From Octopus vulgaris (Eukaryota), in NCBI GenBank assembly GCA_951406725.2, contig OX597814.1:101432001-101496000 (forward strand): a stretch of DNA of 64,000 bases, read 5' to 3'. Positions within the stretch are counted from its first letter, which is position 1, and each line of letters starts with the position of its first letter. Of this stretch, positions 14,828 through 30,277 are shown piece after piece. A program made the translations under genes and the position numbers. Under the pieces are notes generated by a model. It made no database searches. It saw only the letters and a program-made list of their open reading frames with translations, and was not told the DNA's origin.

Positions 14828-15058
14828 ATTTCTTTATTACACACAAGGGGCTAAACATACAGGGGTCAAACAAGGACAGACAAACGGATTAAGTCGATTA
14901 CATCGACCCCAGTGCGTAACTGGTACTTAATTTATCGACCCCGAAAGAATGAAAGGCAAAGTCGACCTCGGCGGAATTTGAACTCAGAACGTAACGGCAT
15001 ACGAAATACGGCTACGCATTTCGCCCGACGTGCTAACGGTTCTGCCAGCTCGCCGCCT
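14828..15058 (-). mobile_element. SINE family B (tail type 1)
   Basis: Reverse complement of the consensus with ttaatccgtttgtctgtccttgtttg..tttagccccttgtg tail. Confidence 0.9.
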
Positions 15059-15280
15059 TTATTATCTTCCATATTATTAATACAGAATGGACTTAACGTC
15101 GATTAAGATAACGGAATTGAACAGAAAACATTAGTATATTTTCAGTTCAATTCCGTTATGTTCTCGACGTTCACTTACCATAGACACCAGGCACGAATCT
15201 TGAGGCAGGAAAATGTTGACTCAAACGGTAGACAGAGTCGAACTCGGCTACGTAGCATAATCAAAAATCATCCATATGCA

Positions 15281-15477
15281 CAAGGCCTAAAATTTTGGGA
15301 TGAGGTGTTAGTAGATTACATTGACACCCCAACCACCAGTACTTGAATGGCTATTATTTCATCGACCTCAAGATGATGAAAGCAAAGTTGACTTCGGTTG
15401 GATTTGAACTCAGAACGCACGGAACCTCGCTAAGCATTTTCTTCGGTGTGCTAACGCTTCTGCCAGCTAGCTGCCTT
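15281..15477 (-). mobile_element. SINE family B, diverged
   Basis: caaggcctaaaattttgg...atcgacc...gaactcagaacg...gctaacgcttctgccagct. Confidence 0.75.
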
Positions 15478-15501
15478 AGTAACAACAACAACAGCAACAG
15501 T

Positions 15502-15690
15502 GGAGGCGCAATGGCCCCAGTGGTTAGGGCAGCGAACTCGCGGTCGTTAGAACGCAGTTTCGATTCACAGATCGGGCATTATGAGTGTTTACTGAGCAAA
15601 AACACCTATGCTCCACGAGGCTCCATGGGGGCGGGGTGGTGAACCCCGCTGTACTCTTTCACCATAACTTTTTCTCACTCTTTCTTCCTA
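15502..15690 (+). mobile_element. SINE family C (tRNA-derived), 5' part
   Basis: GGAGGCGCAATGGCCCCAGTGGTTAGGGCAGCG..TTTCGATTC; matches 53598 and 55826 copies. Confidence 0.85.
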
Positions 15691-15971
15691 CTTCTACCAG
15701 AAAGCAGAGGAACCATGGTGTAACCTACTATGGTGTGCTAAACTTACAGACCCTAGTCTAGATTGCGAATCCTCTGTACCCTAGGATGGTTCAGCTCTTA
15801 AAAGCCAGCGTTTACGGAAGGAGGATAACAACGTAGCTTTCGCGCCCGCGCAACCGCCAGTCTATAGCGTGTGATGTGAGGCTCTTCAAGTTGGCACACG
15901 CATTTTTAGTAGCTTAGAGTAGGCTCGAATTAGAAATTATTCTTTGTGGCTAATGGCGTGAGTCCTGATTT

Positions 15972-16109
15972 CAAGAAGAAGAAGAAGAAGAAGAAGAAGA
16001 AGAAGAAGAAGAAGAAGAAGAAGAAGAAGAAGAAGAAGAAGAAGAAGAAGAAGAAGAAGAAGAAGAAGACAATAACAGTAGCAGCAACAAAAACAACAAC
16101 AACAACAAC

Positions 16110-16171
<62 letters not shown>

Positions 16172-16186
16172 TGATGATGATGATGC
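15972..16186. repeat. Compound triplet repeat (GAA)n-(CAA)n-(TAA)n-(TGA)n
   Basis: Direct reading. Confidence 0.95.
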
Positions 16187-16657
16187 TAGGTGTTATGCGA
16201 TGTGTTTCTTTGGAGTAGTTAAATTGTGTAACATGGTGTCTATAATATAGAGAAATAACGAAATGGTAATAAACTTTATTCAGTGGGTGGATGGCATATA
16301 TATATATATGTGTATATATATATATATATATATTTATACACACACACACATGTACATACATACATACATACATACATACATACATACATACATACATACA
16401 TACGTACGTACATACGTACGTACATACCATAATACATATGCATATAAAGGGTGTGTTGGTGTTAAGAAAATTCTTTAACACCACAACAAACTCGCTTCCT
16501 TCCATATAATGTGCAGAACGTTATAGAAATTGTCTTCATTATGAATCATAGCTGAACGGAAGTCAGTTTATTTGCTGTTCCAGATGACTGGGAAAAATAT
16601 AAAAGAAAAGCCACCACCATCATTCAGTTCTACTCCAATAAAAAAAAAAGTAGTTGA

Positions 16658-16746
<89 letters not shown>

Positions 16747-17463
16747 TAGCAATAATAAAGAGGTGGGCAAGTTAATTTTGCTATAAAAGATGTGTTTTTC
16801 TTTCTTATTGCTTTTAGATTCTTTTCTATTTTCGTGAAAATAACGAAAATAGCAAAATAGAAAATAAAAATTTACATAAATTTACATAAACGAAGTCAGT
16901 AGTTATATATATATATTATTCTTTTGGTAACTGATGTGGATGCTGTTCCAGTAGTTTTTTTTTGCCATATCTTCAGAGCTAATATGATATTAGAGATATT
17001 TTAGTTTTGCAAGGCACAAGGAGAACTACCTAAATCAACGTAGCTTTTTATGTTGCAGTTGTTGCGCCTAGGAACAAATTTGAGCGCAGAGGTTTTAGTG
17101 AAAGAAACGTTGCGTACTCGAAGTAAAAACGTCTTTAAAAGCGATCTCTATCTGATTCTAGTGTACATCTTACTTGCAAAGAAGATATCACGTGAGTTAT
17201 ATTGCCCCAAATTTGTAATAATGCTTTTGGTTACATCTGATACATCGTTGCTGTAGTGACGATATTACCACAGACAGAACACACACACACATACATATAG
17301 GCGTAGAATAAAAGAATATATATATATATACATATGTATATATATATATTTATATATATATTTATATATATATATATATAGGGCTTCGAATGTCCCGTCC
17401 TGTGGTTCTTGTGTCGTCTCTTTGATGTTTCATGTTCTTGTCCATGTCTGTATTTATTTTTAC

Positions 17464-17521
<58 letters not shown>

Positions 17522-17605
17522 CTTTTTCTTGTTTCAGTCGATCGAATGCGGCCTTACAGGGGTAACGCTTTGAAGAATTTTAGAGCCGAACGAATTGTGC
17601 CACAG

Positions 17606-18381
17606 TATTAACGTTGTAGCTCACTTCTGCTGTTTACAGCAGTGCTTAGAAGGAAGGTGTGTAGCGTGTGATCGTCGCATTGACGATGACAGAAAAAAGC
17701 TTTCATGGCAATACCTGCTCAGAGGCCTACGTAAAGTTGTAGAAAGTGCATGGAGAGGAGTGAATGAGCCACACACAAGTATTAGAGTGGTTGAGACGTT
17801 TCCGAGATGGCCGAAAAAGTGTCGATATTGTCGCACGTTCTCGGAAACACTCAACCATCAGAACTGAGAAAAACATCGCAGACGTGCGTGCAGCTGTGAG
17901 GAAGATCGTCGAATCACCATCCGTGAGTTATCAAAGGATGTACAAATTTGTTACGGTTCAGTTCCGTCCATTATCACTGGAGATTAGGGTAAGAGACGGA
18001 TGTCTGGTAAGTTTGAGCCAAAACTGCATTAAGGTGACCAAAAAGACAGTCGGGTTTCAGTTGTAAAAAATCCCCTTGGTTGTATCGAGAACGATGAAAA
18101 CTCTTTGAAAACTTTGCGTAGGTTTCTGAGCAGGTATCGCCAAGCACTTGGCAACATTTGATGCAGATTCTCTAATCAACCTTGTCATTGCCGAAGCGAC
18201 GATCAAAAATTACACACCTGCCTTCCAAGCACTGCTATAAACAGCGGGAATGAGATAGAACGTTAAAACTCAGTGCGCATGCACAGCAGAGTTTAAATTC
18301 AGTCTCTGCCAAGCGACTTTACTCTTCCTGCTGTAGCTTCGTTACTATGGCAAAAGTCCAGATACTTATTGATCAGACCAA

Positions 18382-18385
<4 letters not shown>
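17606..18385 (+). mobile_element. Mariner-derived element with long inverted arms (5' end duplicated), transposase HTH relic inside
   Basis: MSHTQVLEWLRRFRDGRKSVD..RS..STIRTEKNIADVRAAV is a Mos1/SETMAR-like HTH; about 17606-17750 is inversely repeated at about 18100-18270; mariner-type end cttattgatcagacc at about 18365-18379. Confidence 0.8.
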
Positions 18386-18445
<60 letters not shown>

Positions 18446-18447
18446 AA

Positions 18448-18489
<42 letters not shown>

Positions 18490-18519
18490 CGAATGTATGT
18501 AACTGTGTGTGTAGATAGT

Positions 18520-18558
<39 letters not shown>

Positions 18559-18677
18559 TGAATGTATGTATCTGTATGTGTAGTGTATATATATAGATAT
18601 ATAGATATAGATATATATGTATATAAATATATATATGTATGTGTATATATATATAGATATATATGTATATAAATATA

Positions 18678-18755
<78 letters not shown>

Positions 18756-19146
18756 TATGTATTCTATACAAACTTTATGTTTAATTTAATGTGTGCGTTT
18801 GATATTCTAATTTCCTCCACTTTGTGGCGACGTCAACCTCTCAGGGATGGTGCCAAGGTGTATTCACCATTCATATTATGAAAGGCAATGATCCACATAA
18901 TTGTTAAGAGCTACCTAACTTGTTGGCATGCGATAGACAGGGTGGGAGAGGGTGTCTAGGAAGAGAATGACCAAGAGCAAGGGTGAGAATGAACTCGGTG
19001 TTATGAAGTAAATTCAAATTCAACAAGTTATTTTGTCGCCGGAAATTGCTGCTACCTCATCATGGATAATTACAAACACACAAACAGATACACACATATA
19101 CACATGCGCGAGCTGGCGTATCATAGTATCCGATCACAAACACACA

Positions 19147-19203
<57 letters not shown>

Positions 19204-19247
19204 GCATGTACATATAGACATACATAGATATCTACAGACAGACATGC

Positions 19248-19420
<173 letters not shown>

Positions 19421-19428
19421 GATAGAAA

Positions 19429-19582
19429 GGCGCAAGAGTGGCTCTGTAGCAGAAGTTTGTTACCAACCCCCGTGATCCCGGTTTCAGTTCCACTGCGAAA
19501 CACTTTAGGCGTGTAACTTCACTTAAAGCTTTTGGCCGACCAAAGCCTAGTCTATATGGTTGGCGGAAACTGAGAGAAGCCT
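19429..19582 (+). mobile_element. SINE family A, 5' half
   Basis: ggcgcaagagtggctctgtag...ggccgaccaaagcc...ggaaactgagagaagcc. Confidence 0.75.
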
Positions 19583-20124
19583 TTTATATATATATATAGA
19601 TAGATAGACAAATAGATAGATAAATAGATGGATAGCCAGATGGATAGATAGATAACTGTATATGCATTATGTGTGTACATGCATACATACGTACATACAC
19701 ACATAGACACATAAGGACAGGCGTGGCTGAGTGTTTTGTGTTCAGGCTCACTGCGTGGCACATGGATCAAGTGTCGACTACTATAGCCTCGAGCCGACCA
19801 AAGCATAGTGAATAGGTTTTCGTAGACGGAAACTGAATGAAGCCCATCATGTGTGAGTGTGTGTGTGTGCGCGCTCGTTAGTCTTTGTGTGTGCATCTTT
19901 ATACTACTGTTTGTAAGTGACCGTTACGATAAGAACAATAGAAAAACAGCCCTGAGATCGATTTTTTTTTACTAAAAGCGTTCAAAGTTTGGCTGCAGTC
20001 CGATGACTGAAACAAGTAAAAGATAAAAGTTATGTATATACAAACTGACACTTTTTATTTATACACATACACACACACATACATACATATATATATATGT
20101 ATGTGTGTGTATATATATATATAT

Positions 20125-20287
20125 GCGCATGGGTAGCTTTGTGGTAAGACGCTTGCTTCCAGACCACATGGCTCTGGGTTCAGTCCCACTGCGTGGTGCA
20201 CCTTGGGCAAGTGTCTTCTACTATAGCTTCGGGTCGACTAAAGCCTTGTGAGTCGATTTGGTAGACAGAAACTAAAAGAAGCTCGTA

Positions 20288-20362
<75 letters not shown>

Positions 20363-20638
20363 TGCATGCATATATATATGTATGTATGTACGTATGTATG
20401 TATGTATGTGTTTGTTATTTGTGCTGTGTTTGCCCCCCACCACCACCACCACCACCACATACCTTGACAACGTATGTTGGTGTTTATTTCCCATCACCTA
20501 CGATTCGGTATAAGAGATCGATAGAATAAGTACTAGGCTTACAAAGAATAAGTCCTGGGGTCGATTTGTTCGACTAAAAGGTGGTGCTCCAGCATGGCTG
20601 TAGTCAAATGACTGTAACAAGTGAAAGAATAAAAGAAT
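20125..20638 (+). mobile_element. SINE family A, full length with expanded internal microsatellite
   Basis: Head, GGGTTCAGTCCCACTGCGTGG, internal (TA)n(TATG)n, tail aaagaataaaagaata. Confidence 0.9.
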
Positions 20639-21254
20639 ATGAAATATTCGAGTAGTACAACCATAGTAGACTGGCCGTCTGCGAAAGTTCAGCTTCTGTC
20701 CTCACTTTTCTCTGTGCATGGCGACCCTAAAAATTTGTGATGTGGAACCGCAATACACAGGACACCACATGAGTGTGTGTGTGTGTGTGTATGTACGCTC
20801 ACATATATATAGTTAAACATACACATATTCCAACTCATATGTACACACTTTCACATTATTACAATGTGTGTGTACACACACGTACACTTACATTCACACA
20901 CATTAGCAGAAATACTCATTTGATATGCACACAAATACGCGGAAGAGAACGTGTAGACACAAACATACATAGAAACATGCGAAACCGCTAAAGTTATAGA
21001 GACATATACTGGTGGAATGATGCACGCACGCACACACACTCAAACATACACACACGCACACGCACACGCGCACGCATGCGCGCACACAAATACGCATATT
21101 TATATATATTTACAGAAACGCATACGCACCTACACTCGACATATGTGGCCGCGTGAATTATGGTTCGGTTAACGTTTGTATGAAAGGAACGAACATGAAT
21201 GAATGGAGAAAGAAATGAATGAATGGAGAAAGAAATGAATGAAATAAGATGTTA

Positions 21255-21392
21255 GGGGAGTGGCGGTGGTGGTGGTGGTGGTGGTGGTGAGATGATTGTG
21301 GGGATTTTGGTACGCGGGAGGGTTGTTTGTTATGTGGTGTTAAATATAACCACGTAATAACCAATTAGTAGTAGTAATAGTAGTGTTAGTAA

Positions 21393-21431
<39 letters not shown>

Positions 21432-21615
21432 CAGCAGCAGCAGTAGTAGAAGTGGGGGGGATGATGATGGTGGTGGCGGCGGGGGCGGTGATGGGAGTGA
21501 TTTGGGGATTGGATGCGGTGGTGTGTTTAATATAACGGAAGCCAGTGTCTGCGTGGTGCTGCGAGTCAGGATACCACTATTACCACTACTACTACCACCA
21601 CCACCACCACCAACG

Positions 21616-21646
<31 letters not shown>

Positions 21647-21870
21647 GGCTACAACTACCACCACCACCACATCTGCTACTACAAATAGTAGTAGTAGTAG
21701 TAGTAGTAGTAGTAATGTAGGCAACGATAGTTTTGGTAATGGTGGTGGTGGTGGTCATGATTATGTTTGTGGTAGTTGTGGTGGTGGTTAGTGGAATAAC
21801 TGTGTCAAAGAAAGCGGTTTCGATAATATGATGTTGGTTGGGGTCGCGGCGATGACGATGGTGACGATGG
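21255..21870. repeat. Mixed (GGT)n/(AGT)n/(ACT)n/(ACC)n low-complexity tract
   Basis: Direct reading; complementary (AGT)n and (ACT)n blocks. Confidence 0.9.
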
Positions 21871-22794
21871 TATGTAATTTGAGGTATAGCTCTGGCTGTT
21901 ATTTCTACCAGGTCAAGCGACCTCATACAGGCTTCCTTTGCCCTCTCGGGATGGCGGTCGTTGTTTTGGTAGCCGATAACTATAACACAAAGTGGTGTCT
22001 GTTAACGTGTTAATAATAATAGTTTTTTGTATTTGGAGGATGAAAGCGGGTGGCTATTGTTGTTGTTGTTGTAGTTATTTCAGTTATAATGAAAGTCGTG
22101 AATCTGAGAGGTTTATATTACAGCCAAGAACAACAATAACATCAGGGAAGCCCTGCCGTCGCCTTTCGGCTTGACTGCTAAACGTGGCACTTCCGTCCGT
22201 GTTCTTTGCTAACCTCTGTAGTTGTCGTTGTCGTGCCTTGTTCTTAGATCTCCTTGTTTGTCTTGCTATTACTGTTTATGTTTCATGTTTGTCTTCATTA
22301 CATTCTTAACATTTGATTCATTCAAGATTTTTTTGTCACCTTCTTATCTTTAATGTAACTTTACTGTTTGTTTTAATTTTTTTTTAATCCTTTTCATTCA
22401 TGGATTCCTTTTTGTTACTTTCGCGTCTTGCGATTCTTTCTTGTTTTGTTCTTTTTTTTTTCTTATAGTACATATTCCTTTCCTATGTCTTCATCTATTC
22501 ATGAAACTGGCTGCCATGTGCTATACATCTCAGCTTCATACTTTCCGTTTGGTTAACTCACATAGTTATACTCATAGCACCGACTACGTAGTAATTTGTT
22601 GAGCGCTCAGAGTCATTAAGTAAAGCTGCCTAGGTAAAGCTTTCTCAGACTTTGCTCCCTAGTGTACCCCTTCATTATTCCTACAGTGTTAAAATATCAT
22701 TTTGAAGAATATAGAGTAAAATAGTTGAATATCATAAAAGATACGCTTTGGGTATGCTATAAAACAAACAATGCATAATTTATTATCAATTATA

Positions 22795-23238
<444 letters not shown>

Positions 23239-23249
23239 ATTATCATAAA

Positions 23250-23622
23250 TGCGGCGAGCAGGCAGAATCGTCAGCATACTGGGTAAGCTGCTTAGCGGTA
23301 TTTCGTCCACCTTTTACGTTCTGAGTTCAATGGGATAGATATAATCGATTATCCCCCTACCCGAAGTTTCTGGCCTTGAGCCAAGATTTAAAACTAACAA
23401 TCATAAAGACGCTGAGCAGGCAGAATCAATAGTGCGTAGGATAAATTTCTTAGCAGCATTTATACCGATATTTCTGATGAACCTGAGTTCAAATCCCGAT
23501 GAGATCAACTTTGTTTTCATCCTTTTGAGCTCAATTAAATAGCGTACCGGTTACGAAGTGAGGTCGGCATCATTTATTAAACCCTTCTCCTAAAACTGCT
23601 GACCATGGACCAACATTTGAAA
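23250..23622 (+). mobile_element. Two tandem diverged SINE family B copies
   Basis: gcggcgagcaggcagaatcg.. (23251) and gctgagcaggcagaatc.. (23411). Confidence 0.7.
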
Positions 23623-23940
23623 GAATTACTATCTTTATAGAATCGAGACTTCGAAACAACATATTTCACGAATATTTTGGATCTTAGTGGCACCTTAGGC
23701 AACTGCCTTCTATTATATCTTCGGGCCGATTAAAACCTTGAAAGTGGACTTTGGTAGACAGAAACTGAATGAAATCCGTTGTGTATATATATATAATGTC
23801 TTTTCCGTTTTCGTTCTGTTGATTTTTTCGTCTTCCTGTGATGTCCTGTACGTATATATATTTATATATGCATGTATATATACATGTAGATGTCGGTACG
23901 TACATATATGTTTGTATGTATGCATATATTTTATTTATTA

Positions 23941-23988
<48 letters not shown>

Positions 23989-24028
23989 GTATTATGTAAG
24001 TATGTATGTATATATGTATGTATATATG

Positions 24029-24081
<53 letters not shown>

Positions 24082-24399
24082 GCTGTTAACAGAGTTAGCA
24101 GTTAGAATAACCGACTAAGGGATAAAATATCCGTATATACTATCGGTATCCGTTACCCGTGTTATCCCCGGGCATTGGTGTGCAGGCACACCATGTACGT
24201 AGAGGGCAAGTAACCACAGTATAAACAAGAGTTTATCAGGAAGCAATGCAAATAATCAGAAAATGGAGAAAACCTCAAATTAACAAACACATCGATTGGA
24301 CCACATTTATAGGTTATTTTTAATACAAAGCATGACATAACAAGTAAGTAACGTAATATGTCTTGGCTTACTACATCAAACAACCATATAATATCCTCT

Positions 24400-24820
24400 C
24401 TATTATAGGCACAAGGTCTAAAATTTTAAGGGGAGGGGTTTGCGATTACAATCGACCCCAATATTCAACTAGTACTTATTTTATCGAGCACGAAAGGATG
24501 AAAGCCAAAGTTGAAATCTGCGAAATTTGAACCCAGAACGTAAAATTGAAAACTGCCACTAAGCATTTTGTCTGACATGCTAACGATTCTCCCAATTCGC
24601 ACCCTAAAATACCCATATAATGATGGCATAACATCAGCAATTTCCGGTGAGTGGGTAAGTCGATTACCTCGACCCCAGTACTCAACTGGCACTTAATTTA
24701 TCGACTCCTACACAAGGAAAGGCAAGGTCGATTTTGGTGGAATTTGAACCCAGAACATGAAGATGGACCGAGTACCGCTAAGTATTTTTTCTGGCGTGCT
24801 AACTATTCTGCCAAGTCGCT
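24400..24820 (-). mobile_element. Two SINE family B copies
   Basis: Two reverse-complement copies (about 24400-24604 and 24636-24820). Confidence 0.75.
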
Positions 24821-24859
24821 GACTTGCATGCATATAATCTTGAAATCTTCCTTTTATTA

Positions 24860-26070
24860 GTAAATATATATCCTCGTGGAATGTTTTTATATTGAAATTT
24901 AAGAAATTTAATAAGCTTGTCTGTTTCGTAATAAATCGTTCAGTCAGATGAAAAAAATCTTCCACTTTACCTACAACTTTATAAAATTATTTGACCATAT
25001 TTTTAAATTGACATACTCATTCGATTACGTTTAATCTCCAAAAAATCCATCGATGACTTGTGAGCAAAAAGGGACAAATGAAGATGCATTCATATCTTTA
25101 CCTAACTGCTTAAAAGGTTAAATTTTGACAAAACTCACAATTTGAACTGGTTGGTCTAAAATTTTTGCTTACGAAGCTGAATGTGTTTTTGAAGGCCAGT
25201 GTCTGACCAACGACCATACTATGAATGCTTTTTGTTTCTTCACGTAAAACTAAAATTCATATTTTGTTCCCAATACATTACTCCATCCGTACAGTATCTA
25301 AACCCTTTAAATATTTTGTAGGGTAGTGCCTTTAGACTAAGGGCACTATTTCAGAAAACATTTAAATTCAATGAAAGGTGAAACGTTTACTAGAATTTCT
25401 GAAGCTCTTGTAGCTGTTTCAAGAAGACAAAATAAAAAGGAAAAAGAAAACGGGAAAAGAAAAACAGAAACACTTCTTGAAATAAACCTGAGCAACCATC
25501 TTGCAAACACGATCAACAATATAGAGTATATCAATATCACATCAATTGATATACCATGTAGAATTTTAAATTGAAACTATGCAGAAGTGATCTGTCATAA
25601 AATTTGATCCTTGACACCAGTGACCATGACGTTAAAGCTACTTTGAACAACACGATTTGATAGCGAAACTCCTGCAAGTCACTTTGACCTTGATCTATTT
25701 TCCAACACGATTTTGCACCATTTTAAAAGCACGAGATTTAATCCAAGTTTTCCCGATTGAATGCGCTTTATTTAGTTTTATTTTCTATTCTATTATCTCT
25801 AATGCTATGTAATATAAAAAGCTTTGATAACTTTTTTGCTTCTTTTCATTGAATGATCTGTAGAATTTAGCTTCATCATTTTGAGAATATTCCCATGACG
25901 TTCAAATTGTTTTCGTTCTTGTCTTTGCGTTGAAGATTAACATCTGCAAATGATACATTTGAATCTGCCCACTGATCCTATGAAACTAACATCGCTTTAC
26001 TACAAATAACACATTGAAATATTTTCTTCTTCTTTGATGATTATAATGATGATACTTTTATTCATGATGG
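24860..26070 (-). pseudogene. hAT-Charlie/Buster (ZBED5/ZBED8/FAM200-like) transposase relic
   Basis: Broken minus-strand translation: FQCVICSK; KAHSIGKTWIK; VSLSNRVVQ..MVTGVKDQI; CTDG; QTLAFK; KILDQPVQIVSFVK; FKQLGKDMNA. Confidence 0.75.
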
Positions 26071-26559
26071 ACTTGAAAATATCGGAATGATAAAGAAGAG
26101 TCAAAGATAGCTATAAATGGAATGTTTCCATAGATAAAGGTTAAAACATACATTATTGTGGTATTTTTAACATGACGTTCAGAAAACTTCATTAAAAACA
26201 AACTACAATTCTACACATTATAATCAAACTATAAGACGCCACACTCTGTGGAATATCAGTTTCAGTTCCTTGTAAATCCTAAAAAATCATTTCCATAAGA
26301 AATACGTCATGGTTGAGAATCCCATCTTTAGTTGATAAAACTTGTGAATGTAGAGGGAGGAGTTATACTAAAACTGGAAATTTGGTGTAAATTAAATCAG
26401 CAAGACATTTAATGTTCAATGATATAGTTAAACCGGACAACTGATTGACCCTTCCATCCCGAAATTTAAAACGCAAATAACTGCAAAAATACCTGAGAAG
26501 TCTTACAATCGATTCTCTAAACATTTCGCGAATCCATCGCCCAGGATTCATACATTAGC

Positions 26560-26800
26560 ATCAGATGTTGTTACACATCGCTGGTCACAGTGATTTTTTG
26601 CATTTTTTTGGCCTTTAAATGACTTCAACCCGTTGGCTAGGCGAGCAGGCATAAATTCCTCACTGATCGAAAGGGTGAATGGAGCAACGTGAAACCAAGT
26701 GTTTTGCTCAAGACCACAATGCGCCGCCCAATCAGGGAATCGAACACACAATCTAGCGATCGTGGGTACAACAGTCTAACTACTAGTCCACACGCCTTCA
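26560..26800 (-). mobile_element. SINE family C-like
   Basis: Reverse complement: gaaggcgtgtggactagtagttag..GTTCGATTCCC; tail gtgaccagcgatgtgtaacaacatctgatg shared with 53850 and 57270. Confidence 0.8.
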
Positions 26801-27316
26801 CGATACACTGTTATATTAGACCTAAAGTGAGGAAAAATAAATATGGTCTTGACAGGATTTGAATTCAGAGGAGCAGTGAGCCAAAACATCTATTACAAAG
26901 TATTTTCTCCAACAAAGTGATGTCTTTGTCATTTATATTTACTGTATATTTCTGATTTTCCTATTTCTGTGTAACATTTGAAGACACGGTTCATGATAGA
27001 TCTAGTCGCTTATAATTTATTATTTATAATTATTGATATTGTTTATCTATCGCGAAACGATCGTAATGTGTGTATGTATATGTGTATGTGTGTGTGTCGT
27101 GCCCCTGTGCGTATATGTATATGTATGTACGCATGTATACATGCATATATCATATACATACTAACTTCTCGGTTTTGGCTTTTTATCAACGTTTTCCCTT
27201 TCATGATTTCTCAAATATGTCTTCCTTTTTCCTGCCGTTTTTATTTCATATTTATGTATGTGCGTGTGTGTGCGCATGTGTGTACATACATACATACATA
27301 CACACATAAAGCGTAA

Positions 27317-27545
27317 ACAAGGTGGCAATGGCTGAACATCGATCCAAAAATGCCTTTGAACGTCGAATCATATCTCTTCAGCAACATCTTTTGACTACCA
27401 AGTGTCGAAGTGCATCCCTTGACCAAGTTTGCATACATGAGACTGATAACATCGTAAGACTTGGAAGGTAGCTCCTTGATCAACATTCTTTGTCTGGTAA
27501 CCTAGAATACATGCCCAAAGACATTGCACGATTCTACCGCAACGT
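27317..27545 (+). pseudogene. Non-LTR retrotransposon relic (R4/Dong-like, post-RT region)
   Basis: GGNG*TSIQ/NAFERRIISLQQHLLTTK..DNIVRLGR, resembling the GG-x-GL..AYE-x-RII-x-L-x-QHL segment that precedes the region seen at 2890-3279. Confidence 0.55.
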
Positions 27546-28234
27546 GTCATTAGTTGAAATGATGAGCATATATGAGCAGAAGACTATGTATGGATATGTT
27601 AGAAGAAAGGTCCGAGATGATAGTAAACACTAATCTTGAGAACTTAGGTTTCTCAAAACCACGAAGGAGAAAGCTAATTCGAAAACTAAAGATCCAATCC
27701 ATGACTGGGACTGTAAAAATCTTTAAAACTTTTTCCAGAAGTTTATCATTTAAATATATATGAGCATGTCTAGATATGCAACTATGTACATGAGAATACG
27801 TGCATAAAGCAAAACATAAAAATCTGCACATATACATCCATACATACATACATTCATACATACATACATACATACATACATACATACATACATACATACA
27901 TACATACATACATACATACATACATACATACGTACATACATACATACATACGTACATGATGGCTGCCCCCTCATTATCGAGTATGGCCATTGCACGAAGC
28001 TTAACTGTTATTGGTGCTGTGATCGAAGGTGACTTTTATTTGCTCTTTAAGGCTACAGCCAGCCATTCAGTTGAGACTCACAGCACCATAAACAATCATG
28101 AGCAATGTTGTTATCGTGCAATGCCTGTGCAAGAAGATTTTTTTAAAGTGAGGAAAGACTGTGCACTGAGTCAATCCCACTCACTAAGCAACAGCGGCCA
28201 TAATCCGAAAAGAAGAACAAGTCAACATCATCGG

Positions 28235-28652
28235 TAACCACTGAGCCGCAGGTTTTATGTCGGAGTTATCCCAGTTACCTGAGTTACCTTCTCTTAGAAG
28301 GATGCCCTAACAAAGGCTAGGAGTCCTTCACTCCCAATGGTTTAACCGCGCGATCGGTTATTCAGTCCGATTATTTCTATGTCCCCGCGCATGATACACC
28401 CTTAAGCCTTAAGAGAGAAAAAAAAATACACATTTATCGTATGGCCGTTGACTCTCAAGAGTTCCTCCGCCCTTTGACGGGTTTTGTTTTCCATCCCGCA
28501 GGGTGTCCAATAATCACCCTCATCACCAAGCAAGCTTGGTGGGGTTGCCGGTTTAGTCGCCGACGGCCCGACCATGCAACAGGTTGTACTGGGTTACATG
28601 TTACCAGTAGCACTCGAAAATGACCTGACATACATACATACATACATACATA
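28235..28652 (+). mobile_element. Interspersed retroposon (RTE-related SINE/LINE piece) ending in (CATA)n
   Basis: GC-richer segment with gttaccttctcttagaaggatgccctaacaaaggctagga, resembling RTE 5' regions; terminates in a (CATA)n tail. Confidence 0.45.
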
Positions 28653-29363
28653 CTAAGAAAATACCCTTGTTGTTGATATTGAAATTCCCAGGAAGGAGCT
28701 TTGAATTTAGGTTAGAAACTGACTCTATCTCTCTTGACAAGAAATCTTGAAATAAAATTGAACAATGATATATATATACATATACGCACACATACACACA
28801 CACGCACAAACACGAACACACAAAAACTCGCACACAAACACACACACAAACACGAACACACACACACACAAATAGACAAACACACAAACGTGCACCATGA
28901 GTAGCCAATACCTGGATTCAGAGCACAGAGATTCCGAACACGTATCGGCTTGTATTTTATCCTAAGCTCTAACGAGATTGCCAATGCGATACCAACGAAA
29001 TATGTTGATTTTTACCTTTCTTTCTGCTTTCCTTCATGTCCTAAATGCTTTTTTTCTTTATCTAACTCTTTGCCTCTCGTCTCCCTCTCTCTTTCTCCCT
29101 CTCTTCTATCCTTTTTCCTCTATTTTTCTTTCTCTTTCACTCTCTCATTCTGTCTCTCTTTCTCCCTTTCTCTCTCACACCCCTTCTCTTATCCGCTATC
29201 TATATTCTCTCTCATTCTCATTCTCATTCTCTCATTTTGTTATGTAATTTCTTTTGTTCTTTTGATTTTAGGTTAATCTCTCTTTATTATTCCTAACCTC
29301 CCTCTTTCCCCTCTCGCTTTCTCTTTACTTCCTCGGAACACTCCTTTCTCTCTCTTTTCGTCG

Positions 29364-29434
<71 letters not shown>

Positions 29435-29714
29435 CTCTTTCTCTTTCATTTTTCCTGGTTATTTTGCTACCTGTCTCTTGTTTAGTCTCACCTTCTTCCT
29501 GTATGTCTTTATTCGCCTTTGTTATGAATACTGAGGGGAGACGATAGCTGCAGGGAGAGTTCTTATATTGTTATCTTACTTCCCTTACTTCTGGATATTC
29601 TTACTACTGTTTTACTCTTTGTCTTGCTGTCTTTTCTATTCTGCTTATATTTCTTAGACCTTCCACTTCCCTCTCTACGTCTTTTCCCCAAATTTCTCTC
29701 CACCCCTTGTATAT

Positions 29715-29989
29715 CTGTCTATCCATCTATTTAACTCTCAATCTATTTATCTATCTATCTATCTATTTATTTATTTATTTATTTATTTATTTATTTGTTT
29801 ATTTGTGTATCTAATTATTTATCTATCTACCTATCTATCTGTCTAATTATCTATCTATCTGCTCTCTATCTATGTGTCTGTCTGTCTATCTATTTATATC
29901 TATCTATCTAATTATCTCTCTGTATCCATCCATCCATCCATCCATCCATCCATCTATCTATCAATCTATCTATCTATTTATCTACCTAT

Positions 29990-30029
<40 letters not shown>

Positions 30030-30033
30030 TTAT

Positions 30034-30076
<43 letters not shown>

Positions 30077-30192
30077 ATTGTCTATCTGTCTATCTATCTG
30101 TCTATTTATCTATCTAATTATTTATCTATCTATCTATTTATCTAATTATATGTCTGCCTCTCTATCTATCTATGTATCTATCTGTCTATCTG

Positions 30193-30277
<85 letters not shown>

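Noticed and set aside
21330-21926. 198-aa low-complexity ORF
   Set aside because: Mixed triplet repeats are open in several frames by construction
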